Shown in pieces: positions 1 to 10,700 of a DNA stretch of 64,000 nucleotides. The notes below the pieces were generated by a model that saw only the letters and a program-made list of their open reading frames with translations, did no database searches and was not told where the DNA came from. Positions within the stretch are counted from its first letter, which is position 1; the number at the start of each line of letters is the position of its first letter. Position numbers and translations under genes: made by a program. Source of the DNA: Nitrospina sp. (GTDB lineage Bacteria > Nitrospinota > Nitrospinia > Nitrospinales > VA-1); contig JABIAY010000049.1 of NCBI GenBank assembly GCA_018653085.1, forward strand, positions 118,335 through 182,334, in the 5' to 3' direction.

Positions 1-71
1 TCGCAAACTCTGCCGCCGCGTATATCAATTATCCCTACTTCCGTTACAGTCATCCTGAACGGTACCTTTTT

Positions 72-878
72 TTGAAAAACAAAGTATTCGGAGGCAAAGA
101 ATATTTTCCCGCAACTGGAGCAAGCTATCGGGACCAGGTGGTTGCCGACTTTGAAAAAGTCCTGACCGATAAGGATTGGGATGGCGTGGTCCGTATTTCC
201 CGGGAAGTGGGCAGGGACTACTCCCCTGAAATTGAATCTGAACTTGTCGAAAGACTGGAGAAAATTCTGGAAGCTTCTCCCGACTCGGTGCGTGATACCA
301 GGTTAGGCGTGGCTACCTGTTATCTTTATAGCCCCAAGGCATTAAAAGTTCGCAGAAATTTGATCCGAAAAAAAAGAGTGGCGTTGCAAACGCTTCTTGA
401 AGTCCGGCGTTGTGGTCTCATGTCCCGGCGTTCTTTTGAAAGAGAATTTGCTCTATGGTCCCTGCGGAACATCTATTTCTTCAAGACTAAAGGCCGGGCT
501 CAAATTCAGTTTCTGGATCCGGCACTGCCGTTGGCCGGGGCCCGGGGATTTGAAACCCGTTACTTATGGAGAATTTATTATGAAGGAAGTAGCGTCCATA
601 TGGCGGAAGGCAGTTACCACGTAGACGGGGTGAGGCCCGGATCAATAAAAATCGACCTTGAGAAAAGCGCAGTGGGAACCCTGAACCTGCCAACTGGAAA
701 ACCTCTTATCTTTGAGTTGGGAGCCCAGCGGGTACACCCCAGGGAGTTCAAAAGGCTGAACAGCAAGATGGCAAAAATCAGGTTTGTCATCCACAAGGGC
801 TTTAACTATGAAACTCCCCGTAGCCCGAGAATACAAGTCATTTACCCAGACCGACCAGAGTTTAAATCGTTAAAGTAA
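72..878 (+). CDS. hypothetical protein (5' end possibly outside window)
   Basis: ORF track 268 aa from TTG at 72. The same frame has no stop back to nt 3, so the gene may start left of the window. No motif I recognise. Confidence 0.5.
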   Translation: MKNKVFGGKEYFPATGASYRDQVVADFEKVLTDKDWDGVVRISREVGRDYSPEIESELVERLEKILEASPDSVRDTRLGVATCYLYSPKALKVRRNLIRKKRVALQTLLEVRRCGLMSRRSFEREFALWSLRNIYFFKTKGRAQIQFLDPALPLAGARGFETRYLWRIYYEGSSVHMAEGSYHVDGVRPGSIKIDLEKSAVGTLNLPTGKPLIFELGAQRVHPREFKRLNSKMAKIRFVIHKGFNYETPRSPRIQVIYPDRPEFKSLK

Positions 879-880
879 AA

Positions 881-1300
881 CTATGAGATGGACCGGACCA
901 TGCGGTAGGCCATATTGAGGTTGGCATACTTTGAGGGCCACACTTTCATTCCATCCTCATATTGGATGATCAGGGCTGAGGAGTCCCGTTCTTCCAGGGT
1001 CCATGTGGTTCCCGCGCTACCCGGTTCAAAGATGGAGGAAAGGTAAATATCATCTCCATACTTGTCGGTATTCTTGTAGCTCAGGTCAAACAGGGACCAA
1101 GCTTCCTCCTGAGTCGGATACCGCCAGTCTTCGCACCCGGCGAACCTTTCCATGTTGGTGATTTCCACATAGTCCTGACCTTTAAACCAGTTGAGCCATT
1201 TATTGGTATCTTGGAAAGAGTCGGTTTTCTTCCACATTACTTTTATTTGGTTATCCGTGACGGTGCCATCTCCGTTGTCCGTGAATCGATCTTCTGCCAT
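881..1300 (-). CDS. DUF1566 (Lcl C-terminal-like) domain protein
   Basis: 139 aa with an ATG start. The pattern GDGTVTD..MW......W......DWRYPTQEE..SL resembles the DUF1566 signature as I remember it. Confidence 0.55.
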   Translation of the reverse strand: MAEDRFTDNGDGTVTDNQIKVMWKKTDSFQDTNKWLNWFKGQDYVEITNMERFAGCEDWRYPTQEEAWSLFDLSYKNTDKYGDDIYLSSIFEPGSAGTTWTLEERDSSALIIQYEDGMKVWPSKYANLNMAYRMVRSIS

Positions 1301-1425
1301 AAAATTTATTCTCTTAAGTTTGTTTTTTTCTATTTTCCCGCCGCGTATTTACGGGCATAAAAAAATAAGAAATTTACAGGTTAGCAACATTCTAGAACAA
1401 AAGTTTGCAGAATAAAAGGTGCGGG

Positions 1426-3747
1426 TCAAGATTGAGATGAGGTAATTTGATGTAATTTTCGCGCAGAAGAATCCCCAGTCTCCAGGGCAAGGGGGGAATA
1501 CGGAAGATCTATGACAAAAACCGTTCCCTTGGGGTAATTATCCTTAACTTGAATGGAACCATTGTGGTCAATAATGATCCGGTTGACGATGGCCAATCCC
1601 AAACCTGTTCCGCGCTTTTTGGTGGTGAAATGAGGAAGAAACAGTTTTTCTCTGTCAGCGGGGCTGATACCTGCTCCATCGTCTGAAAACTCGATGCGGA
1701 CGAGTTTTTCTTTTTGAAGAACCCGTGTGCTGATTTGTATTGCTCCTCCATCATCAATGGCATCTGTGGCATTTTCAAACAGGTTGATGAAGACCCTCCG
1801 GATCTGTTCCGGGTCAATATGTACCGCGCCAAGGTTTGGATCGAAATTCTTTTTGATCTTTAAATTTTTATCGTGCTCCGAATAGGAAATCAGGATTTCA
1901 TCAATAATTTTATGCAGGGGGGTTGGTCTGGGATTTGAAGTCGGCATCCTTGAAAACCGCAGAAACTCATTGAGCAGTTCTTTCATCCCTTCAACTTCCT
2001 GAGTGATGATATGGATGCTTTCATCAAAAACCCGGTCAAAGTCTTCCCGGTTTTCATGGTATTTTTTCTTTAATCTTTGTGTATTGAGTTGGATCGGGGT
2101 CAGGGGGTTTTTTATTTCGTGGGCAATTCCCTGGGCCACCTCTTTCCATGCGGCAATTTTCTGGGTCTTTATCAGACGTGTTAAATCTTCAAAAACGATA
2201 ACCAGTCCCCGATACTTTCCGGTGGTCCCCCGAAGAACCTGGATGTTGACCAGAAGGGTAAGGTTGTTTTCTCCTACACGCAGATCAATTTGTTCTTCTA
2301 TGGACTCTTTATTTTGCGCGTTCATGCGCTTGCTGAGCTTTCGGATTGCCTGGTAAGAGGAAAAGTCAAAAGCGTCATGGTAGGAGGACCCGAAAATATT
2401 TTCACTTTTAAGGTCAAGAATTTTTTCTGCCGCCTTATTGAAGGTGGTGATAGTACCCTTTTTATCGACCGAAACCACACCTGCGCCTATATTATCTAAA
2501 ATGGTTTCAATATAATTTCTTCTCCGGTCGAGTTCAATATTCGTTCTCTTGAGATCTTCGTGAGCATATTGAATATTGAGTCTGCTTTCATTTAGTTCCC
2601 GGGTCATGGTATTGAAGGAGTCAACAAGAATTGCTATTTCATCAGTGGCCTTTGCTCCAATTTTGAAGTCAAGGTCTCCTTCTGTGATGCGCCGTACACC
2701 TTCTGCCAATTGCTGAATGGGGACAGTGATGCCTCGTGCCATATAAAAACCCAGCCATATGGCAGAAAACAGGATTAACAGGGTAATGAGAAGAAAGGTC
2801 GTGTAGTAGTTTGCGCTGACCGGAAGCTTCAGGAAGCTTTGTTGCTGGTAGTCCTCAAAAGTGTTTCTGATGGTTTCAATTTTTCTCAATGAGCTTTTAA
2901 AAACAGGGTTGAGGGTGAGAATATAACCCCATATCGAAATTTTTCCTTCAAGTGTTTCTGTAAGGGGTACGACCACGATCATGAGGCTTCCCCCATGGGT
3001 CATCTGAATTTCTGTTACTCCCTCTCCATCAAAACTTTTTTGGATCAATTCAGAATAATTCAAGCGGGTTTGCGGCGAAAGCTTGGATGAATCTATTTCA
3101 GAAACGATGGGTTTTAAATCACTGTCATAGATGAGGATGCCGGTCAGATCATATTCAATCACTTTTTCCTGGACCAGAGTTAGCAGTCGCTCTCGTTTCA
3201 GCTTTAAGTACAGCTCCTCGTTGTTAATAAAACGTTCAATATTTTTGGCTTTGGAAAGGGCTCTTTTTTCAAGCCCCGAATAATAATCTCTTGCAATATC
3301 CATGGAATATTGCAGGGTCTGCTCGGTTTGCAAATTGAACCAGTTCCCGATGCTGAAAGTGAACAGCTTGCTGGCTACCGTGAAAAGCAGTATGGAAGGA
3401 ACCAACGCCAGAATCAGAAAGGCAATGATCAATTTGGTCTGGAACTTGGACCCAATAATTTTACTTTTCCGCTCGTTATAAACCTTAACAAGATTCCGCG
3501 TAATCAGAATGATCAATAAAAATAGCAGGATCAAAATGATATTAAATACGGCAAGAACGGTGATATTGTTCCCAAATGTTGAAGCCGATTGTGCCTGGAG
3601 GAAATAGTTTTCCAGAAACGTCATGCCGATGAGGGCAATAAAAACTCCCAGGATGGTGATGGTCGTACGCCTTCGCTTATCGCGCAACTGCTCTTCGGTA
3701 GGCGGGATATAAATGTGGGGCTGGTTGAGTAGGGGATCGGATGGCAT
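1426..3747 (-). CDS. NtrY-like sensor histidine kinase (TM-HAMP-PAS-HisKA-HATPase)
   Basis: The ORF is open from TTG 3807, but ATG at 3747 (MPSDPLL) is preferred. It has N-terminal TM helices, the H-box HEIKNPLTPI, and ATPase boxes DDGAGI and GTGLGLAIV. Confidence 0.8.
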   Translation of the reverse strand: MPSDPLLNQPHIYIPPTEEQLRDKRRRTTITILGVFIALIGMTFLENYFLQAQSASTFGNNITVLAVFNIILILLFLLIILITRNLVKVYNERKSKIIGSKFQTKLIIAFLILALVPSILLFTVASKLFTFSIGNWFNLQTEQTLQYSMDIARDYYSGLEKRALSKAKNIERFINNEELYLKLKRERLLTLVQEKVIEYDLTGILIYDSDLKPIVSEIDSSKLSPQTRLNYSELIQKSFDGEGVTEIQMTHGGSLMIVVVPLTETLEGKISIWGYILTLNPVFKSSLRKIETIRNTFEDYQQQSFLKLPVSANYYTTFLLITLLILFSAIWLGFYMARGITVPIQQLAEGVRRITEGDLDFKIGAKATDEIAILVDSFNTMTRELNESRLNIQYAHEDLKRTNIELDRRRNYIETILDNIGAGVVSVDKKGTITTFNKAAEKILDLKSENIFGSSYHDAFDFSSYQAIRKLSKRMNAQNKESIEEQIDLRVGENNLTLLVNIQVLRGTTGKYRGLVIVFEDLTRLIKTQKIAAWKEVAQGIAHEIKNPLTPIQLNTQRLKKKYHENREDFDRVFDESIHIITQEVEGMKELLNEFLRFSRMPTSNPRPTPLHKIIDEILISYSEHDKNLKIKKNFDPNLGAVHIDPEQIRRVFINLFENATDAIDDGGAIQISTRVLQKEKLVRIEFSDDGAGISPADREKLFLPHFTTKKRGTGLGLAIVNRIIIDHNGSIQVKDNYPKGTVFVIDLPYSPLALETGDSSARKLHQITSSQS

Positions 3748-4075
3748 AGTGGCTTCCGAAATATCCAGTGGTTTTAAAAACAATAGTTTAACATACAAGT
3801 AAGGCAAACGGGTTGGGGATTTTTACCACCGAAAATTGCTGGTAAGACGCGGATTATCAATGTTGCTGGGAATAAGAATTGAGATTTTTTCAGGAAAATT
3901 CTTGCCCTGATAGGGCGGGGCTCGCATCGTGGAGGCATATTAAAGTTAAAAAACCTTGTCATTATCCTCAAAAAGGGATTAAAATCAATGCATTACCTCA
4001 AATTTCCATGGAAGAACTGTAAAGGGTAGCTGAAATGTCGCTACCTGATCTTAACTCTATAGGACATATCCTGCT

Positions 4076-5404
4076 TTGGAAGACTCTAAGGGAAAAAAAA
4101 TTAATACGTTAGAAGGTTTTGCCGACCAGGTGGAGAATTCTCAGTTTAATGAGGATAGCCTCCTTTCGCTTACCAACAACCTGAAGCTGTTATTCAACTG
4201 TGAAGAGGCGACCCTTTTTGCTTTGGATGTGGCCAAGCGCGAACTTTTCACCAAAAACTTCCACAGCGAGGGTTTTCCTGAAATACGGCTGAATATATCC
4301 GTAAAAAATATAGCAGGATTTGTGGCCGCCACGGGAAAGCCACTTAATATAAAAAATGTAAACGACAGCCAGGAACTTTCTCAATTCCACCAACAGCTTA
4401 CCTACGACTCCAGTTGGGATAAAAACCTGAATACACAAACCACCTCAATGATCGCGGTACCACTTCCATTTAAAAAGAAACTGGTGGGGGTGATGGAGAT
4501 TATCAATAAGGACGGTGGGCAGGGGTTTGATCAAGAGGATTTTTTTAAGGCCAAAGCCATTTCACCGATTATGGGAATGGCAATCGCTAAGTTGGGAGAA
4601 AAAGAGGGCGCATCTTCAAATGGGGACAGTCCTTCTCATCAGCGTCAGCTTCATATTCTTTCGCAAATGATTCATTCCTCAGACAATTTTGAGGATATGC
4701 TGAAAAAATTGAAGCAACCCCTTTTGAAATATTTTGATGCCGAAGCGGTCACGATATACGCAGTGGATGAAAACCGAAAAGAGATTTACTCCAAAGTCAC
4801 TTATGGAAACAAGCTCGGCAGGATTCGGGTTCCCATCTCCCCGAAAAGCGTTGCGGGTTATGTTGCCATGGTCAAGAAAACATTAAATATTCCGGACATC
4901 AAGGACCTTGGGAAAATTAAGATACTACATCCAAAGCTGGCTTTTGATGATTCGTGGGAGAAGGTGGCGGGTGTTTACACTAAATCCCTATTGACCCTGC
5001 CGTTGGTTCATGGTGGTCATTTGCTGGGGGTATTGCAACTGGTCAATAAGAAAGACATGACGCCATTCTCCAGTGCAGATGAAAAAAATGGGCTCCCGAT
5101 TTCCCAGGCGCTGGCTCTTGCTCTTTATAATCACAAAAAAAGTGAACCCAGGGAAAGCTCGTTGCGAACTGCAGGGGCTTCAGTGGCTGCCGGTGAAGGG
5201 CGCCCCACCGTTAAAGAGAATCGTTTGCCCACTGCTAATATTCTGGTTCAGAGAGAAGACGATGAAACCACGATTCTTGTTCGTATCTTGAAGGATGGAA
5301 GCCGCTTGGTGTACCAGCAAATTGATCCTCCGCGGGATGTGATTAAACTGATCAAGGAGGTCGCTAATATCGACTTGGATCTTCCTGCCAACCCCACAGA
5401 CTAA
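4076..5404 (+). CDS. tandem GAF domain protein
   Basis: 442 aa with two GAF-like blocks (..IAGFVAATGKPLNI..MIAVPL..VGVMEIINK and ..VAGYVAMVKKTLNIPD..LLTLPL..LGVLQLVNK). The TTG start is uncertain. Confidence 0.7.
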   Translation: MEDSKGKKINTLEGFADQVENSQFNEDSLLSLTNNLKLLFNCEEATLFALDVAKRELFTKNFHSEGFPEIRLNISVKNIAGFVAATGKPLNIKNVNDSQELSQFHQQLTYDSSWDKNLNTQTTSMIAVPLPFKKKLVGVMEIINKDGGQGFDQEDFFKAKAISPIMGMAIAKLGEKEGASSNGDSPSHQRQLHILSQMIHSSDNFEDMLKKLKQPLLKYFDAEAVTIYAVDENRKEIYSKVTYGNKLGRIRVPISPKSVAGYVAMVKKTLNIPDIKDLGKIKILHPKLAFDDSWEKVAGVYTKSLLTLPLVHGGHLLGVLQLVNKKDMTPFSSADEKNGLPISQALALALYNHKKSEPRESSLRTAGASVAAGEGRPTVKENRLPTANILVQREDDETTILVRILKDGSRLVYQQIDPPRDVIKLIKEVANIDLDLPANPTD

Positions 5405-5441
5405 CAGAAATTCAGCGTGTCTTTATCAGGGAAGAGGCCGT

Positions 5442-6134
5442 TTATTTATTAAACGATCGGATGACGTCTCTGGAGATAGCGCCCTTCTTTTTCTTGGAGC
5501 CGCTTGCCTGTTTCGACAATTCCAAGTCGGGGTCAATGGCGAGAGGGGAGGTTTGCGCCCATGAAGTTTCAAATGCGCTGAATGGGACAAAAAAGAAAAT
5601 ATAATTGAAAGGGAACCAGAACCGGTCTGTTTCCAAATCTGCTTTGACCCGGACGTAGTACTTTTCATCCGGGTCCAGCTTGTAGATTGGGGCAACAGGA
5701 ATATCTTTCAAGGTGAGCATCAGTTTCTGATACCGGGATTCTTTTCGGGTGATTATATTCCTTCTGATATTTTTTCCGAATTCTGAGAACCGGTACGCTT
5801 TCTTGAGAGAATCAAACTGGACTCGATGCCTCACCTTATTAGAACTGACCAGACTATCTGCCCATAACGTATTGGCTTTACGGAGTTCAACCTCGAAGGT
5901 AAAACCCATCGGAACCCCATTTTCGATGGCTTCCAGTATTTTTTCGTCAAAACCATCCACCAGTCTGGCGTTCATCACCACATATTTGCCTTTAGTGCCT
6001 ACACCAATGTTGACAACATCGGGGGACACCGCAGCAACAGGCGACACCAGCCCTGCGGTCAGCAGAAAAAAGGCGAAAACCAGTAAAGAAATCAGGTCAG
6101 GCCGTTTGTTTTTGGAAAAAATCGTACGTTTCAA
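5442..6134 (-). CDS. DUF4390-like exported protein
   Basis: 230 aa with an N-terminal signal/TM segment. The TTG start is preceded by GGAG. Overall similarity to DUF4390 proteins found near ntrY in other bacteria is recalled from memory. Confidence 0.5.
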   Translation of the reverse strand: MKRTIFSKNKRPDLISLLVFAFFLLTAGLVSPVAAVSPDVVNIGVGTKGKYVVMNARLVDGFDEKILEAIENGVPMGFTFEVELRKANTLWADSLVSSNKVRHRVQFDSLKKAYRFSEFGKNIRRNIITRKESRYQKLMLTLKDIPVAPIYKLDPDEKYYVRVKADLETDRFWFPFNYIFFFVPFSAFETSWAQTSPLAIDPDLELSKQASGSKKKKGAISRDVIRSFNK

Positions 6135-7020
6135 TTAATCCCTGCTCCAAAGAAACTTCGGGTTTCCAGCCAAAACTTTCATGAAACTTTTTATAGTCGA
6201 TAACACTTCTGCGTTGTTCCCCATCTCGAGGCGAATCGTGCGCGGCAGAAATATTTTTCTTCGATATGCCCAGCAAGCTTTCGGTTAACAAGTTTACGCT
6301 GGTCTCTTTTCCCGTTCCCACATTGAATGTTCCCGTGCAGGTGGGGTCCAGTGCGATCAAGTTTGCCTGCGCAACATCCCGAACCGAAATAAAATCCCGC
6401 GTTTGCTCTCCATCGCCACATATAACTGGTTCTTGATCCTTCACCAGCTTTTCGCAGAATATCGCAACGACCCCCGCTTCTCCATGAGGATTCTGATGCG
6501 GACCAAAAACATTGCTATAACGAAGTACGGTTGTGCTCAATCCATACTGTTCGTTAAAAAATCCGAGATAGTTCTCCGCGCACAGTTTGGAAATGCCATA
6601 CGGACTCAGTGGCCGGCACGGATGATCTTCGTTTGCCGGAAAATGAATCTGTTCTCCATACATGGCACCTCCGGTCGAAGCAAAAACGAATTTTTCAATA
6701 TTAGAAGATACCGCACTTTGGATGAGTTGTAAAGTACCAATAATATTGGAGTTAGCGTCGAAGAGGGGGTCTGCCACAGAATCGGAAACGGATATTTGGG
6801 CGGCATGATGGTTAATTGCGTTAATTTTCTCGTTTTTTAGAACTTCGGGAACCTTGCTATCAAGGATATCCATTTTATAAAATTTTGCCTTCGGATTCAA
6901 AAATCGCAACTCTCCCGATGAAAGGTTGTCGATAACCGTGACCTGGTGTCCCGCCGCAATATAACCATTGACTATATGTGAGCCGATGAATCCGGCACCA
7001 CCTGTAACTAAAATATTCAT
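6097..7020 (-). CDS. NAD-dependent epimerase/dehydratase (UDP-glucose 4-epimerase family)
   Basis: 307 aa with the Rossmann motif VTGGAGFIGSH and an SDR YxxxK (YGISK). ATGA start/stop overlap with mutS. Confidence 0.85.
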   Translation of the reverse strand: MNILVTGGAGFIGSHIVNGYIAAGHQVTVIDNLSSGELRFLNPKAKFYKMDILDSKVPEVLKNEKINAINHHAAQISVSDSVADPLFDANSNIIGTLQLIQSAVSSNIEKFVFASTGGAMYGEQIHFPANEDHPCRPLSPYGISKLCAENYLGFFNEQYGLSTTVLRYSNVFGPHQNPHGEAGVVAIFCEKLVKDQEPVICGDGEQTRDFISVRDVAQANLIALDPTCTGTFNVGTGKETSVNLLTESLLGISKKNISAAHDSPRDGEQRRSVIDYKKFHESFGWKPEVSLEQGLIETYDFFQKQTA

Positions 7021-9659
7021 TTAGGGTCTTCCTTGAAGTGCTCAGTCAGCTCGAATAGAATTTCCAAAGCTTCTCTGGGAGATAGTTGATTAGGATCAAT
7101 TTCTTTTATTTTCTGGATCAATGGATTTTCCGGCTCCGGGAAAAGGCCCAGTTGCCCTGGTGAGTGTTGGGTATCACAGTTTTCGGAGCGTGAGATCTTG
7201 GGGACACCGACTTCATCAAACTCGCTTTGTTCCAGGTTGAACAGAACTTCATGAGCACGATCCAGAACTTTTTTAGGCAATCCTGCCAGCCGAGCGACTT
7301 GAATGCCATAGCTTTTATCAGTACCTCCCGCAACAATTTTGCGGAGAAAGATAATCTCATCATTCCACTCCTTGACCTGGACATTAAAATTCTTGACTCC
7401 GGAAAGAACCCGGGATAAATCCGTCAATTCATGGTAATGGGTGGCAAAAAGCGTTTTAGGTCCTCCCCCCTGATCCGCTTTGTGGAGGAACTCGACAATG
7501 GCCCAGGCTATACTGATTCCATCAAAGGTGCTGGTTCCCCGGCCAATTTCATCTAAAATGATCAGGCTGTCTGGTGTGGCGTTATTGAGGATGTTGGCGG
7601 TTTCGTTCATTTCCACCATGAAAGTGGATTGCCCTTTCAATAAATGATCCTGCGCTCCTACCCGGGAAAAAATACGGTCCGTGATTCCCAGGCTTGTTTT
7701 GTCTGCAGGAACGAAACTTCCTATTTGCGCCATGAGAGCGATCAGGGCAACTTGTCGCAAATAAGTGGACTTTCCTGCCATATTGGGGCCGGTGATGATC
7801 ATGATCTGCTGTTCCACCGAATCCAGAAAAGTGTCGTTGGAAATGAAACGAACCGAGGGGTCCATTCGCTCTATGAGAGGGTGCCGACCATTTTCAATAA
7901 CAAGGTTTCGATCCTCGGTGAATTCTGGCTGACAATAATTATATCGGTGCGCTGTTTCGGCGAAGGCAGATAACGCATCAACCTCACTGATGATCCGTGC
8001 CATCCCCTGTATCCGGGAGCCTGCAAGGGAAACTGCGGATCGAATTTCTTCGAACAGATTTTGTTCTAAAGCGAATATTTTTTCTTCCGCACCGGTGATT
8101 TCTTCTTCATACTCTTTCAGTTTAGGGGAAATATAACGCTCTGCATTGACAAGGGATTGTTTGCGAATATATTCGGCAGGTACGCGGTCGCTATGTTTTT
8201 TGGTGACCTCTATATAATATCCGTAAATTTTATTGAAGCCGACTTTTAAGACGGGTATGCCGGTTTTCTCTTTTTCTTCCGATTCCAGAGCGGCGATCCA
8301 ACTTTTTCCCTGCCGGGTTATATTTTTAAGCCGGTCCAGTTCCTCGTTACAACCCGATTTGATCAGGTTGCCTTCCTTGAGCCCAAGAGGTGGATCATCG
8401 GCGATATTGCGCTCAATCAAGTCGCAAATATTTTCAAGGTTGTCCCAGCTCTCCAGGTAAGCCTGCACAGAAGCATAGCCTTTAAGAACTTTGAATAAGT
8501 CCGGAAAAACTTCCAGCGATGTCTTCAGTGCTACAAGATCTCTTGCGTTGCAGGCCGAAAGGGTGATTCGTCCCAGTAGCCTTTCCAGATCGAAGATTTG
8601 TTTCAACAGGTCGCGCAGTTCTTTTCGCCCAGCCGGATTGTTCTTGAAGTCTGCCACAATGCTCAGGCGTTGCCGGATTTTTTCTGCGTCTATCAGCGGT
8701 TTTAAAATCCATTCACGAATACGCCTTGCACCCATGGGGGTCAGAGAGAGATCGAGCAGGTCCAACAGGGAATTTTTTCTGCTTCCTTCGCTGGACTGGA
8801 CCAGTTCCAAACTCATCAGGGTGCATTGGTCCAGGGCCATGTAGTTGTGGGTAGGAAAAGGGGTGAGGGCGGTGATATGTTCCAGAGGTGACTTCTGAGT
8901 TTCACGCAGATAATGGATCAATGCCCCGGCTGAAGAAATTGCGGCTTTCATATTTTCACAGCCGAATCCCTCTAAAGACTGGGTTTTAAAATGCTCCACC
9001 AGATTTCTATAAGCTTCACTGAAAGAAAAGGACGCGTCTTCCCAGGTATGCACAAATACCTCGCCAGTTGGAAGCCAGGGCCGGGGGTCATTTTTCAATG
9101 AATCGGGAATAATGATTTCCCGGGGGTCCAGTTTCTGCAGCTCATCTGCAAGAATGGAGGGGTCGCCATTAATCTGGGTAACTTTAAAAACCCCTGTCGA
9201 TACATCCAGTACGGACAGGCCGATCTCGTTTTTTCCGAAGTACAGGGAAGCGATAAACTGATCACATTTAGGATCAAGAATATTGTCGTCCAGAATGGTT
9301 CCCGGGGTGATGACTCGAACTACTTCTCTTTTGACCAGTCCCTTGGCTTGTTTAGGGTCTTCCGTTTGTTCGCAGATGGCGACCTTCTTGCCCGCTTTAA
9401 GAAGTTTAGTGATGTAAAGAGTCGCTGAATGATGGGGGATTCCGCACATGGGTACGGGGTTGGACTTTTTATTTCTGGCGGTGAGTGCGATTTGCAAAAT
9501 GCTGGATGCGGTTTTGGCATCGTCATTAAACATTTCGTAAAAATCGCCCATCCTGAAAAACAAAATGGAATCGGAGTATTCCTTCTTGATGCCCCGATAC
9601 TGTTGCATCATGGGAGTATCGTCTGGTGTGACTTTAAGACTTTTAGCCAAAATGCCCAT
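7017..9659 (-). CDS. mutS: DNA mismatch repair protein MutS
   Basis: 880 aa with N-terminal TPMMQQY, Walker A GPNMAGKSTYLRQ, and the STF..E motif FMVEMNE. Confidence 0.97.
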   Translation of the reverse strand: MGILAKSLKVTPDDTPMMQQYRGIKKEYSDSILFFRMGDFYEMFNDDAKTASSILQIALTARNKKSNPVPMCGIPHHSATLYITKLLKAGKKVAICEQTEDPKQAKGLVKREVVRVITPGTILDDNILDPKCDQFIASLYFGKNEIGLSVLDVSTGVFKVTQINGDPSILADELQKLDPREIIIPDSLKNDPRPWLPTGEVFVHTWEDASFSFSEAYRNLVEHFKTQSLEGFGCENMKAAISSAGALIHYLRETQKSPLEHITALTPFPTHNYMALDQCTLMSLELVQSSEGSRKNSLLDLLDLSLTPMGARRIREWILKPLIDAEKIRQRLSIVADFKNNPAGRKELRDLLKQIFDLERLLGRITLSACNARDLVALKTSLEVFPDLFKVLKGYASVQAYLESWDNLENICDLIERNIADDPPLGLKEGNLIKSGCNEELDRLKNITRQGKSWIAALESEEKEKTGIPVLKVGFNKIYGYYIEVTKKHSDRVPAEYIRKQSLVNAERYISPKLKEYEEEITGAEEKIFALEQNLFEEIRSAVSLAGSRIQGMARIISEVDALSAFAETAHRYNYCQPEFTEDRNLVIENGRHPLIERMDPSVRFISNDTFLDSVEQQIMIITGPNMAGKSTYLRQVALIALMAQIGSFVPADKTSLGITDRIFSRVGAQDHLLKGQSTFMVEMNETANILNNATPDSLIILDEIGRGTSTFDGISIAWAIVEFLHKADQGGGPKTLFATHYHELTDLSRVLSGVKNFNVQVKEWNDEIIFLRKIVAGGTDKSYGIQVARLAGLPKKVLDRAHEVLFNLEQSEFDEVGVPKISRSENCDTQHSPGQLGLFPEPENPLIQKIKEIDPNQLSPREALEILFELTEHFKEDPK

Positions 9660-9671
9660 ATTGTTTATGAA

Positions 9672-10154
9672 TTACAGGTTTTTAAAATGAGGGAGAAGTT
9701 TATTGTAGGTGGCCTTCAGGTGTTCCGGGTGGACTTTGGTTTCCCCCAGAACGGGCATGAAATTAGTGTCGCCGGTCCATCGGGGAACGATGTGGCAATG
9801 AACGTGCTCGTCATAACCTGCTCCAGCCGCTTTCCCGATATTATACCCAATGTTAAAACCATCGGGATTGATTACGGCACGCAATATCTCGATACATTTG
9901 CGGGTCAGTAGGTTTGACTCGGTGGTCTCGCTGGTATCCTGCTCGGTCAAACAACCGACATGACGAAATGGAGATACCATCAAATGGGCGCAATTATAAG
10001 GGAAAATATTCATGATGATAAAAGCCGACTGGCCCCGATGAAGGATATAGTTTTTTGCGTCATCATCTTCCCTTGGAAGTGAACAGAAAATACATTCACC
10101 CGATTTCTCACTTTTGATATATTCCATCCTCCAGGGAGCCCAAAGTTGCTTCAT
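9672..10154 (-). CDS. HIT family hydrolase/nucleotidyltransferase
   Basis: 160 aa with the histidine triad HVHCHIVPRW and the N-terminal APWRMEYI typical of the HIT/Ap4A-phosphorylase-like group. Confidence 0.85.
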   Translation of the reverse strand: MKQLWAPWRMEYIKSEKSGECIFCSLPREDDDAKNYILHRGQSAFIIMNIFPYNCAHLMVSPFRHVGCLTEQDTSETTESNLLTRKCIEILRAVINPDGFNIGYNIGKAAGAGYDEHVHCHIVPRWTGDTNFMPVLGETKVHPEHLKATYNKLLPHFKNL

Positions 10155-10180
10155 GGTTTTTCCTAAATGGTTGTATCAGG

Positions 10181-10651
10181 TCAGAAGTTGCAGGTATCCG
10201 CAAGCTTTTTTCCGGGGTAAATCATCGCGAATAATTCCCGGGTCTTTTTTCGCATTCTCTCTTCCTCCTGATCGGAAATTTCATGATCATAACCCAGGAG
10301 GTGAAGGATACCGTGAATAAGCAGTAAAGTTAATTCTTCTCCCAAGGACAGGCCGTGATTTTTAGATTGCTGACGGGCTGTCTCAAGGGAAATAGCGATA
10401 TCACCCAGGACAGGTGCCCCAGGGGGTTCGGCTTCACCCTCCGAAAGCTGGGGAAACGATAACACATCCGTTGGGCAATCCATACCCCTGAACTGATGGT
10501 TCAGGTCGCGGATGCCTGGGTCCCCGACAAATAATATGCTGATTTCATGCTCATTGCAATCCAGAGAGGTCAGGATTTTGCCAATTTGTTCTTTAATTTC
10601 CCGGGTATCCATTTTGATTCCAGGGCATTCATTGCTGATTAAAATTTCCAT
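10181..10651 (-). CDS. ybeY: rRNA maturation endoribonuclease YbeY
   Basis: Zinc motif HGILHLLGYDH. ATG at 10651 (MEILISN) is preferred over TTG at 10720, which would overlap the upstream gene by 20 nt. Confidence 0.9.
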   Translation of the reverse strand: MEILISNECPGIKMDTREIKEQIGKILTSLDCNEHEISILFVGDPGIRDLNHQFRGMDCPTDVLSFPQLSEGEAEPPGAPVLGDIAISLETARQQSKNHGLSLGEELTLLLIHGILHLLGYDHEISDQEEERMRKKTRELFAMIYPGKKLADTCNF

Positions 10652-10700
10652 ATTGGTATCAAACAGAGGGCAAAGATCAGTGGCTGTCAGGGTGATAGAA

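Noticed and set aside
1426-3807. Longest-ORF starts for several genes (3807 for the NtrY-like kinase, 10720 for ybeY, 14515, 26768, 31735, 43256, 49799, 34587).
   Set aside because: In each case a downstream ATG gives a better N-terminus (signal peptide, family-typical start, or RBS spacing) and removes an overlap with the neighbouring gene. The shorter coordinates were reported, and the longer ones remain possible.
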